A DNA stretch of 64,000 nucleotides, from NCBI GenBank assembly GCA_039028615.1, contig JBCCHT010000037.1, positions 32,001 through 96,000 of the forward strand, given 5' to 3'. The translations under genes and the position numbers were made by a program. Positions 30,667-39,010 of this stretch are shown in pieces; the stretch's first letter is position 1; each line of letters begins with the position of its first letter. Below the pieces are notes generated by a model. The model was not told the DNA's origin, searched no databases, and saw only the letters and a program-made list of their open reading frames with translations. Source of the DNA: Myxococcota bacterium. GTDB lineage: Bacteria > Myxococcota_A > Polyangia > Nannocystales > Nannocystaceae.

Positions 30667-31470
30667 TCAGCTGGGTCGGGGAGTGGTCGCGCCCGCGCGG
30701 ACGATGGCGAGGAACGAGGTGGGGTCCAACGATGCACCACCCACCAGGTACCCGTCGAGGTCTCCGGCGGCGATGAGGTCCGCTGCGTTACCGGGCTTGA
30801 CGCTACCACCGTAGAGGATGGATCTGTCGGCGCCCGCCGAACCGTAGCGCTCCTTCATCCATCCGCGGATGGTGCGGTGCATCTCGGCCGCCTGCTCGGG
30901 GCTCGCGGTGCGGCCGGTACCGATGGCCCAGACCGGCTCGTAGGCGATGACCAAACGCTCGTTCACCTGCTCGGGCGTCACTTTAGCGAGTGAGCCCGAA
31001 AGCTGCGAAATCACAGTGGCTTCGTGAGTGCCGGTGTCGCGGGCCTCGAGCTTCTCGCCGACGCACAGGACACAGACCAGACCGCCGGCCAGCGCGGCCG
31101 CGACCTTGTCGGCGACCACCTCGTCGGTCTCACCGTAGTAGGCCCGTCGCTCGGAGTGCCCCACGACTGCGCCTTCCACGCCCGCGTCTTGGAGCATGAG
31201 CGGGCCAACTTCGCCGGTAAACGCGCCCTGATCTTGTGCGCTCACGTCCTGGGCGAGCAGCCACGTCCCGTGGTCCGGGCGGGTGAAGGGGCGGGCCGAG
31301 GCGATCGAGAGATAGGGCGGCGCGATTCCCACGCGAACGTCACCCGCGCTCGGATCGAGCGTGCTCAGCGCATCCGGCAGGCCTTCGGCGAGGCCTTTGG
31401 CACAGGCCTCGGCCTCGGCGGGCCGATGGTTCTGCTTCCAGTTTCCAAGGATCCAGGTGGTACGGGCCAT
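30667..31470 (-). CDS. tpiA: Triosephosphate isomerase
   Basis: GNWK, GAFTGEV, GHSERR, AYEPVWAIGTG, YGGSVKPGN, VGGASL. Confidence 0.98.
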   Translation of the reverse strand: MARTTWILGNWKQNHRPAEAEACAKGLAEGLPDALSTLDPSAGDVRVGIAPPYLSIASARPFTRPDHGTWLLAQDVSAQDQGAFTGEVGPLMLQDAGVEGAVVGHSERRAYYGETDEVVADKVAAALAGGLVCVLCVGEKLEARDTGTHEATVISQLSGSLAKVTPEQVNERLVIAYEPVWAIGTGRTASPEQAAEMHRTIRGWMKERYGSAGADRSILYGGSVKPGNAADLIAAGDLDGYLVGGASLDPTSFLAIVRAGATTPRPS

Positions 31471-31476
31471 GGTGGA

Positions 31477-32691
31477 TCAGTCTTCCTTCTTCTGAAGAGC
31501 GGCGACGCCGGGGAGGGTCTTGCCCTCCAAGAATTCGAGGGACGCGCCCCCGCCGGTCGACACGTGGTCGATCTTGTCGGCGAGGCCCGACTGCTGGACC
31601 GCGGCCACGCTGTCGCCGCCACCGACGACGCAGAAGCCGGGGCTGGCCGCGACCGCCTTGGCGACCTCCAGCGTGCCTTGCGCGAATGCCGGGTTCTCGA
31701 ACAGCCCCATCGGTCCGTTCCAGACGAGCATCTTGGCGTTGGCGATGACGCTGGCGCAGCGGGCTGCGGTGGTCGGTCCCACGTCGAGGGCCATCTCGTT
31801 GTGGGCCAGGGGCCCGTCGGCGACCTGGTGCACGCGGGCCTCGGTGGTATCGAGGCCGGTGCCGACGCGCAGGTCGGTGGGCAGCACCACGTGGATGTCT
31901 CGAGCCGCGGCCTTGGTGATGACCGTCTGGGCATCCTTGACGCGGTCCGTCTCCATCAGCGATGCGCCGAGATCACGGTCCTGCGCGAGCAGGAAGGTGT
32001 TGGCCATGGCCCCGCCGATGATGACCGTGTCGTCGGCCTTGAGCCGCTCGACCAGCGACATCAGCACGCCGAGCTTGTCGGAGACCTTGGCCCCGCCCAC
32101 GATGGCGACGAAGGGGCGCTCGGGCTGCAGCAGAAGCCGCGACAGCGCGTTCAATTCGGCCTCGAGCAGGCGTCCGGCCGCTCGCTCGCCGACGAGCGAA
32201 GGCACCCCGACCACCGAGGCGTGGGCGCGGTGACAGGCCCCGAACGCATCGCAGACGTACGCGTCGCACAGGGCGGCCAGCGCCTGCGACAGCTTGGGAT
32301 CATTTTTTGTCTCGCCCGGCTGGAAGCGTAGGTTCTCCAGCAGGACCACCTCGCCCGCACGCGAGTCGGCCACCAATTTGGTCACGCCGTCGCCGACGAC
32401 TTCGTCGGCCAGCTTGACGTCGGTGTCGAGCAGCTCGGCCAGGCGGGCCCCCACGGGCTCGAGCGACAGCTCCGGCTTGACCGCGCCCTTGGGGCGACCG
32501 AGGTGCGAGCAGACCACCAACTTGGCCCCGCGCTTGCGAAGCTCGCGAAGGGTGGGCAGCGCCGCGCGGATCCGGGTGTCGTCCCGGACGGTGCGGTCCT
32601 TGGTCAACGGAACGTTGAAGTCGACGCGCACCAGCACGCGGCGGTTGTCGACGTCGAGGTCGTCCAGGGTGGCAAAGGAACGCGCGGCCAT
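31477..32691 (-). CDS. pgk: Phosphoglycerate kinase
   Basis: RVDFNVP, SHLGRPKG, LLENLRF, GGAKVSDK, WNGPMG, HVSTGGGASLEFLEGK. Confidence 0.98.
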   Translation of the reverse strand: MAARSFATLDDLDVDNRRVLVRVDFNVPLTKDRTVRDDTRIRAALPTLRELRKRGAKLVVCSHLGRPKGAVKPELSLEPVGARLAELLDTDVKLADEVVGDGVTKLVADSRAGEVVLLENLRFQPGETKNDPKLSQALAALCDAYVCDAFGACHRAHASVVGVPSLVGERAAGRLLEAELNALSRLLLQPERPFVAIVGGAKVSDKLGVLMSLVERLKADDTVIIGGAMANTFLLAQDRDLGASLMETDRVKDAQTVITKAAARDIHVVLPTDLRVGTGLDTTEARVHQVADGPLAHNEMALDVGPTTAARCASVIANAKMLVWNGPMGLFENPAFAQGTLEVAKAVAASPGFCVVGGGDSVAAVQQSGLADKIDHVSTGGGASLEFLEGKTLPGVAALQKKED

Positions 32692-32904
32692 GTCGGCGCT
32701 TCTTTACCCATCGTCTCGGTCGCCGTCCACCGCCAATAGCGACCGAATTGAAAAGAATTTGGCGGAAAACAATGAGCCCGGTGGACCCACCGGGTTGTTG
32801 CGGCCGGGCCTTCGCAACGGGGGCGGCGCCACAACGCAACGAGCCCCGCGGCTGCACGCCGGCGGGGCTCGACTTGGGCGGGATGCCCAGGGTCTACGCG
32901 GATT

Positions 32905-33090
32905 TCACTCCGCGACGAGGCGCTTTTCCAGGTCCTCGTTCACGAGGTGGATCAGCTGCGTCGACAGACCGATGATTTGGTTCTTCGTGTATCCCTGCTG
33001 CTGCATCTCTCGAAAGAGGGACTGGGCGAGGATGTTGACGCCCTTGTTGTCACTGGTGAGCTCGGAGGGAGGAGTGCGGACTGCCTGCAT
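32905..33090 (-). CDS. Small helical hypothetical protein (61 aa)
   Basis: MQAVRTPPSELTSDNKGVNILAQSLFREMQQQGYTKNQIIGLSTQLIHLVNEDLEKRLVAE; AGGAG Shine-Dalgarno upstream. Confidence 0.75.
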   Translation of the reverse strand: MQAVRTPPSELTSDNKGVNILAQSLFREMQQQGYTKNQIIGLSTQLIHLVNEDLEKRLVAE

Positions 33091-33389
33091 AAGGTTCGTC
33101 TCCTGCGCCCGACTGTGTGCAATGGGCGGGCCGAAAAGCGGGCCTTCGGGCCGCATTTATGGTTTGTGAAATGAAACCGGGTAGTTGTTCGAGTTCTCGA
33201 TCGCGTGCAAAAACGCCCGGGGCGCAGGTTTTTACCCAACTGTCGCGCAATCGGCTGCACGAGTGGCCACCTGTGGGACGGAGGCTGTGCACCAGGATGC
33301 GCTGGTGAACTCACAATTCTTACAAGAACCCACACGCGGCGATCGGCCTTTGCCGAGGCCTTGGCCCGTCGGTAAACTTCGCGCCGCCG

Positions 33390-33929
33390 TTGTCGACGCG
33401 CCCCTGCACGACCGTCCTCCCCCTCGTGCTCGTGTTCCTTGCGGGATGCGCAGGCTGGCGGGGTGACACCTACTACGCCCACCGAACTCCGGCTTCGCGG
33501 GCGCGGAAAGAGGCGACCTATCGCGTGGGGCTGCCCGGGCCGGGCTGGTCCGAGATGCGGGGCGACAAGGACATCCAGGTGGCGTGGATCAATCGCAAGC
33601 TCGGCGCGATCATTCACGTGCGCGCGCAATGCGACGGGCAGGGCGATAGCTCGCTCGACCAGTACACCGACCACCTGCGCATCGACTGGACCGACTGGGA
33701 GGTCGAGTCGCAAGAGCCCAAGCGGATGCTCGGTCGCGACGCGCTGCACACGGTCGTGCGCGCCGAGCTCGACGGAGTGCCGCGGCGCAACGAGTACTGG
33801 GTCCTCAAGAAGAACGGCTGCTTGTTCGACCTGCAGTACTCGGCCGCGCCCGCGGACTTCGAGTCGGGTCGCGCCGCGTTCGCCTCGGTCGTCGAGGGCT
33901 TCGCGTTTCCCGTCGAGGCCGGTCGGTGA
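33390..33929 (+). CDS. Lipoprotein, possibly PsbP/DcrB-like fold, first gene of the mla operon
   Basis: LVFLAGC lipobox; GTGA overlap with mlaE. The fold is an inference from the alpha/beta pattern. Confidence 0.7.
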   Translation: MSTRPCTTVLPLVLVFLAGCAGWRGDTYYAHRTPASRARKEATYRVGLPGPGWSEMRGDKDIQVAWINRKLGAIIHVRAQCDGQGDSSLDQYTDHLRIDWTDWEVESQEPKRMLGRDALHTVVRAELDGVPRRNEYWVLKKNGCLFDLQYSAAPADFESGRAAFASVVEGFAFPVEAGR

Positions 33930-34693
33930 ACGGGATCCAGCGGCTCGGGGCCATCACCCTGTCCGGGCTCGAGTGGCTCGGGGGGCTGGCCCGCATGGTC
34001 TTTCGCGTGCTGCGGGTGGGTCCGCGGCGGCCCTTCGCGCTCGACGACATCGCCCATCAGACGGTCGAGCTCGGGGTGCGAAGCCTGCCCATCGCGCTGC
34101 TCATCACCTTGTTCATCGGCATGATCCTCACCTGGCAGTTCGGGTGGGGTCTCATCGACTTCGGCGCCACCATGGCCTTGGGCAACGTGGTGTCGCTCGG
34201 CCTGGTGCCCGAGCTGGTGCCCACCATCATCGCGATCACGGTGGGGGTGAAGATGGCCGCGGGCATGACCGCCGAGCTCGGCTCGATGAAGGTCACCGAG
34301 CAGATCGACGCCGTCGCGGCGCTCGGGGCCGACCCCATCAAGAAGCTGGTGTGGCCGCGAATCTGCGCGTCGACGCTGACCCTCCCGTTGCTGGTGGGCC
34401 TGGGCAACGTCATCGCCTTGCTCGGGGGGATGATCGTGGCCGAGTGGATCTACGGCGTCCCCGCTGGCTACTTCTACGAGACCTATATCGACGAGCTCGA
34501 GCCGCTCAACTACCTGGCCGCGGTGGTCAAGGGCGTGCTCTTCGGCGCGATCGTGGGGACCATCGGCTGCTACCAGGGCTTCAACACCAAGTTCGGTACC
34601 GAGGCGGTCGGCGCGGCCACCACCGACACCGTGGCCGCGACCGCGATCATCATCGTGATCGCCGACTTCTATCTCAACATGCTGTTCTTCTAG
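33926..34693 (+). CDS. mlaE: MlaE-family ABC permease
   Basis: ELVP..AELGSMKVTEQIDAVAALGADPIKKLVWPR..GCYQGF..EAVGAATT. Confidence 0.93.
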   Translation: MNGIQRLGAITLSGLEWLGGLARMVFRVLRVGPRRPFALDDIAHQTVELGVRSLPIALLITLFIGMILTWQFGWGLIDFGATMALGNVVSLGLVPELVPTIIAITVGVKMAAGMTAELGSMKVTEQIDAVAALGADPIKKLVWPRICASTLTLPLLVGLGNVIALLGGMIVAEWIYGVPAGYFYETYIDELEPLNYLAAVVKGVLFGAIVGTIGCYQGFNTKFGTEAVGAATTDTVAATAIIIVIADFYLNMLFF

Positions 34694-34723
34694 CGCGCGC
34701 GAAGAACCCCGGCTGCCAGGCCC

Positions 34724-35548
34724 GTGAGTACCGAGCCCCTCATCGATTTTCGTGGCGTGACCAAGCGCTTCGGCGAGCACACGGTCTACGAGAACATGGA
34801 CCTGCAGGTCTTCCCCGGGGAGACCCTGACCGTCATCGGGGCCAGCGGCGGCGGTAAGAGCGTGTGCCTCAAGATGATGATCGGCCTGCTCTTCCCCGAT
34901 GCGGGGCAGGTGCTCTATCGCGGGCAATCGGTGCCCGATCTCGACGCCAAGGGCCTGAGCCTGGTGCGACGCAAGGTCGCCTACGTGTTCCAGGGCGGGG
35001 CGCTGTTTGACTCCATGAGCGTCGCCGAGAACATCGGCTACGCGCTGCGCGAGCACACCTCGCAGTCCGAGGAGCAAATCAACAAACGCGCCCTGGAGTG
35101 CCTGGAGATGGTCGGTTTGTCGCGTGCGGTGGCCAACCAGATCCCCGCCAGCCTCAGCGGCGGCATGAAAAAGCGCGTGGCCCTCGCTCGCTCGATCGCG
35201 ATCGAGCCCGAGGTTATCCTCTACGACGAGCCGACCACCGGGCTCGACCCCAAGAACATCACCCGCATCGGCGACATGATCCTCAAGCTACAAAAAGAGC
35301 TGGGCGTCACCTCCGTCGTCGTGACCCACGACATGCCCACCGCCCACAAGGTCTCCGACCGCATCGCGATGCTCTACGAGTGCGCCTTCCCGTTCGTGGG
35401 CCCCGTGGAGAAGATGTGGAACAGCGCTCGGGCCGAGGTCCGCGATTTCATCCACGGGCGAATCCGGCGTTCGCGGGCCAGCGGCAGCTTCGCGGGCGGC
35501 AGCATGCTGGGGCTCATCCCCGAAGGAACCACCGATGGCGTCTCGTAG
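34724..35548 (+). CDS. mlaF: MlaF-family ABC ATPase
   Basis: GASGGGKS, FQGGALFDSM, LSGGMKKRVALAR, YDEPTTGLDP, VTHD. Confidence 0.93.
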   Translation: MSTEPLIDFRGVTKRFGEHTVYENMDLQVFPGETLTVIGASGGGKSVCLKMMIGLLFPDAGQVLYRGQSVPDLDAKGLSLVRRKVAYVFQGGALFDSMSVAENIGYALREHTSQSEEQINKRALECLEMVGLSRAVANQIPASLSGGMKKRVALARSIAIEPEVILYDEPTTGLDPKNITRIGDMILKLQKELGVTSVVVTHDMPTAHKVSDRIAMLYECAFPFVGPVEKMWNSARAEVRDFIHGRIRRSRASGSFAGGSMLGLIPEGTTDGVS

Positions 35549-36992
35549 GTCCGAAAACCGCACCCGGCTCATGGCCGGCTTGCTGGTGGTGGTGGGCAGC
35601 GCCGTGCTGTTCGTCTCGCTGTTCATCATCGGGCAGAGCGAGGGCACCTGGGAGAGCAAGACGGTCATCAAGACCGACTTCCGCACCATCACCGGGCTGC
35701 GCAAGGGCTCGCCCGTGCAGCTGGCCGGCGTCGAGGTGGGCACGGTCAGCTCCATCGACTTCGTCAACGTCGAGTACGAGTGCGAGGCCGCCACCGAGGA
35801 CATCGGCCGCTACGGCGAGGGCCGCACCGACAACTGCGATGCCTTCCTGTTCTGCAGCCCGCAGGGCCTGTGCGCCGACCTCGAGCCCTACGCCTCCAAG
35901 GGGCAGCACGCGCCCTGCATCGCCGACAACGACTGCACTCCCGACGAGGTCTGCGTCACCTCCGACTTCCGCCGTCGCGCCCGCCGCGTGTCGTGGGCCG
36001 GGCCCGAGGGGGTCTGTGCTCGCTACGCCATCACCCATCGCCGGGTGCAGGTGGCGATGACCATCTTCGAGGACAAGCTCGAGCTGGTGCGCAGCGACTC
36101 GCGGGCCACCGTGGCCAGCAACGGCGTGCTCGGTGACCAGCTCGTCAACATCACGCCCGGCATGCGCGAGCCGCTGTCCGACGAGCGTCGCATCCAGTCC
36201 AGCCCCTCCCTGTACGAGGACATCCAGCTGTTCCGCGACCGCTTCGACGGCCTCACCGAGAAGGTCGACACCAGCCTCTCGGGCATCTCCAGCCTGTTTT
36301 CGCAGCTCAACGACGAGCGCACCATCAACTCGGTCAAGGGCACCCTCGAGAACGTCGAGGAGATCACCCGGCAGATGGCCGCGGGCGAGGGCCTCGTCGG
36401 CGCGCTGCTCAACGACGACGAGTACAAAGAAGAGTTCGGCATCACCCTGCGGAGCGTTCGCAACACCGCGGTGGGCATCGACAACTTCGTCACCCGGGCC
36501 AACCAGTCCCTGGCCAAGATCGACGACTCGCTCAAGCCCATGGTCGACGATGCTCGGCACACCATGGCCGATCTGCGGCAGCTGCTGGCCGACCTCAAGG
36601 ACCCGAAGAACAAGAGTCTCGCCGCCAAGCTGCTCTACGACGACGACGGCACGATGATCGCGGAGCTCGAGAAGATCCTCGGCGATCTCGAGAAGTTCTC
36701 GACGTCTGCGGCCAGCATCGCCAAGAAGGTCGACGACGGCGAGGGCACGATGGGCAAGCTCGTCAACGACTCCAAGGCGCACGACGACTTGGTCAAGATC
36801 CTTCGCAACATCGAGCGCAACGAGACCTTCAAGCGACTCGTACGGCGGGTGATCGAAGACGAGGAAGCGGCCGGTCGCGCGCCGGGGGCCGAGGCCTCCG
36901 ATCCGAAGCCGGAGCCGGCTCCCGTGCCCAAGAAGGGCCCGGTGGCCGAGGCTCCTGATGCGGCCGTGGACGATCCGCCGCCCGCTCCGTAG
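35535..36992 (+). CDS. mlaD: MlaD/MCE-family protein with Cys-rich insertion and long helical C-terminal region
   Basis: TM helix, GLRKGSPVQLAGVEVGTVSSI ... RSDSRATVASNGVLGDQLVNITPG. Confidence 0.9.
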   Translation: MASRRSENRTRLMAGLLVVVGSAVLFVSLFIIGQSEGTWESKTVIKTDFRTITGLRKGSPVQLAGVEVGTVSSIDFVNVEYECEAATEDIGRYGEGRTDNCDAFLFCSPQGLCADLEPYASKGQHAPCIADNDCTPDEVCVTSDFRRRARRVSWAGPEGVCARYAITHRRVQVAMTIFEDKLELVRSDSRATVASNGVLGDQLVNITPGMREPLSDERRIQSSPSLYEDIQLFRDRFDGLTEKVDTSLSGISSLFSQLNDERTINSVKGTLENVEEITRQMAAGEGLVGALLNDDEYKEEFGITLRSVRNTAVGIDNFVTRANQSLAKIDDSLKPMVDDARHTMADLRQLLADLKDPKNKSLAAKLLYDDDGTMIAELEKILGDLEKFSTSAASIAKKVDDGEGTMGKLVNDSKAHDDLVKILRNIERNETFKRLVRRVIEDEEAAGRAPGAEASDPKPEPAPVPKKGPVAEAPDAAVDDPPPAP

Positions 36993-37249
36993 GAATGAGA
37001 GCAGGGCAGGGGACCCGTCGCTCGTTCGACGGGTCGGGTTTTCCTGGAAGGTCGGGCCCGTGCCCGATTGCGTGCACGCTGCGCTTCGTGCCGATGGTGG
37101 GAGCGTGAGCGGACTCCGCCTTCCCGGCGCAGCACCGTTCGAAACAACGATTCTTCGTACGAAACACGGTCAACAATCCGCGCGGCCGCGATACATCCCG
37201 AGGCTCGGCGACGTCGTGGTTGGCAATCGGCCGTCTACGCGCTCGCCCT

Positions 37250-37295
37250 TTGACAAAGACGGGTGTGTCGGCCACCTTACTTACCGTTCGGTAAG
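37250..37295 (+). promoter_or_regulatory. Sigma70 promoter with overlapping TetR-type operator
   Basis: TTGACA (37250-55), 17 bp, CACCTT (37273-78); perfect palindrome CTTACCG-TT-CGGTAAG (37280-95) directly before the ATG. Confidence 0.75.
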
Positions 37296-37901
37296 ATGCC
37301 GGCTTTCGCGCAAAACATTGATTCGTCCCCCGTGGACAGCGATTTGGCCCAGCGCATATTGCGTGAGGCCATGATCCTGTTTGGGGTCCACGGGTATGCG
37401 GGCACGTCCGTGCGGCAGGTCGTCCAAGCGGCGGGCTGCACCAAGCCGGCGCTCTACTACTACTTCACCAACAAGGAACAGCTGTTCCTCCGCACCGTCG
37501 ATGCGGCGCTGGCCGAGCTCAACGTGCTCGAGCAGGTCGTCGAAATCGAGGGTCCGGTGATCCAGCGCATCGTCGCGGGCCTGCAGGCGTTGCAGACCCA
37601 CGTCGAGTCCGACCCGCACGTGCTGCGGCTTCTGTTCCGCGCCGAGATGCACCAGCAAAAGGGGCAGCCGGAGGTCGACTTCCGCTCCTTCCGCGCCCAA
37701 GACCTGGCCCGCGTTCGCCGATTGCTCACCGAAGGGGTGCAGCGCGGTGAGCTTCGCGAGGACCTCAACGTGCACGACGCTTCCATTGCCCTCGTGGGGA
37801 CGACCCACATGTACCTCCAGCTGTGGCTGGACGGCACCCCGCTCCCCGATGACTTTGCCGAGCGCATGACGACGCTCTTTCTCCACGGTTTGAGCCGATG
37901 A
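37296..37901 (+). CDS. TetR/AcrR-family transcriptional regulator
   Basis: ILREAMILFGVHGYAGTSVRQVVQAAGCTKPALYYYFTNKEQL HTH. Confidence 0.93.
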   Translation: MPAFAQNIDSSPVDSDLAQRILREAMILFGVHGYAGTSVRQVVQAAGCTKPALYYYFTNKEQLFLRTVDAALAELNVLEQVVEIEGPVIQRIVAGLQALQTHVESDPHVLRLLFRAEMHQQKGQPEVDFRSFRAQDLARVRRLLTEGVQRGELREDLNVHDASIALVGTTHMYLQLWLDGTPLPDDFAERMTTLFLHGLSR

Positions 37902-39010
37902 AACTGTCCACCATCCTCTCGCTCACCATGGCCTCCAGTCTGCTGCTTTCGGCGTGCACCGAAGCGCAGGGCCAAAACGACGCGGCTGCGGCCGAACCCG
38001 CCGAGGAGGCGCAGGCCAAGCCGCCCGAAGCCCACGCGGTGTGGGTCGAGATCGCGGCCATCCAAGACTCGGATGCCGCCCTCAACCTGTCGCTGCCCGG
38101 CGAGGTTCGGGGCTTCCGCGAGGCCTCGCTCGCGGCCTCTCAGGGCGGCCTCATCGAGCGTGTCGGCCCCGAGGTGGGCGACATGGTGAAGAAGGGCGAG
38201 CGCGTCCTCAAGGTCGACACGGCGCTGTACAAGGCCCGCCAGGGGCAAGCGGGCGCCGAGCTGCGGGCGGCCAAGCGCGAGCTGGCGCGGGTTCGCAAGA
38301 TCGAGTCGGTCATCGCCGGGGCCGAGCTCGACCAGGCGCAGGCTCGGGTCGACACCGCCAAGGCCACCCACCGCGTGGCCGAGATTCAGTCCCAGCGAGC
38401 GGTCATCAGCGCGCCCTTCGACGGGGTGGTGGCCATGCGCAACGCCGAGAAAGGGGAGGTCGCTTCACCCGGCGTGCCTCTGCTTCGCATCGTGCAGCTC
38501 GACCCGATCCTCGTGGCGGTCTCCGTCTCCGATCGCGACGTCATCAACCTGAAGCCGGGCAACTCGGTGCAGGTGCACGTCGACGCGAGCGCGCAGCCCA
38601 TCTCCGGCAGCATCCTGCGGATCAACCCGGTGGCCGACCCCGAGACGCGCGCCTTCGAGGTCGAGATCGAGGTGCCCAACGCCGACAAGCGGCTGCTGCC
38701 CGGCATGATCACCCGGATCTCGGTCCACCAAGAGGTGGCCACCGAGTCGCTCATCATTCCGCAGAGCTTCCTCGTCACCAAGCGGGCCGACAACGGCGTG
38801 TTCGTGGTCGAGGACGGGGTGGCCCGCTGGCGCTCGCTGACGCTCGGCGCGGTGGTGCACGACCAGGTGGTGGTCACCGAGGGCCTGTCGCGCGGCGACA
38901 ACGTGGTCGTCGTGGGCCAGCGGGCGCTCGCCGATGGTGACCGCGTCATCATCTCGCGCGAGGGCAAGTGCTGCGAAGACGGCCGACCCGTCTTCGAAGG
39001 AGCGCAGTGA
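37898..39010 (+). CDS. RND efflux periplasmic adaptor (MFP), lipoprotein
   Basis: LLLSAC lipobox; VGDMVKKGE, ISAPFDGVV, INPVADPETRAF, LLPGM, EGLSRGDNVVVVG. Confidence 0.93.
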   Translation: MKLSTILSLTMASSLLLSACTEAQGQNDAAAAEPAEEAQAKPPEAHAVWVEIAAIQDSDAALNLSLPGEVRGFREASLAASQGGLIERVGPEVGDMVKKGERVLKVDTALYKARQGQAGAELRAAKRELARVRKIESVIAGAELDQAQARVDTAKATHRVAEIQSQRAVISAPFDGVVAMRNAEKGEVASPGVPLLRIVQLDPILVAVSVSDRDVINLKPGNSVQVHVDASAQPISGSILRINPVADPETRAFEVEIEVPNADKRLLPGMITRISVHQEVATESLIIPQSFLVTKRADNGVFVVEDGVARWRSLTLGAVVHDQVVVTEGLSRGDNVVVVGQRALADGDRVIISREGKCCEDGRPVFEGAQ

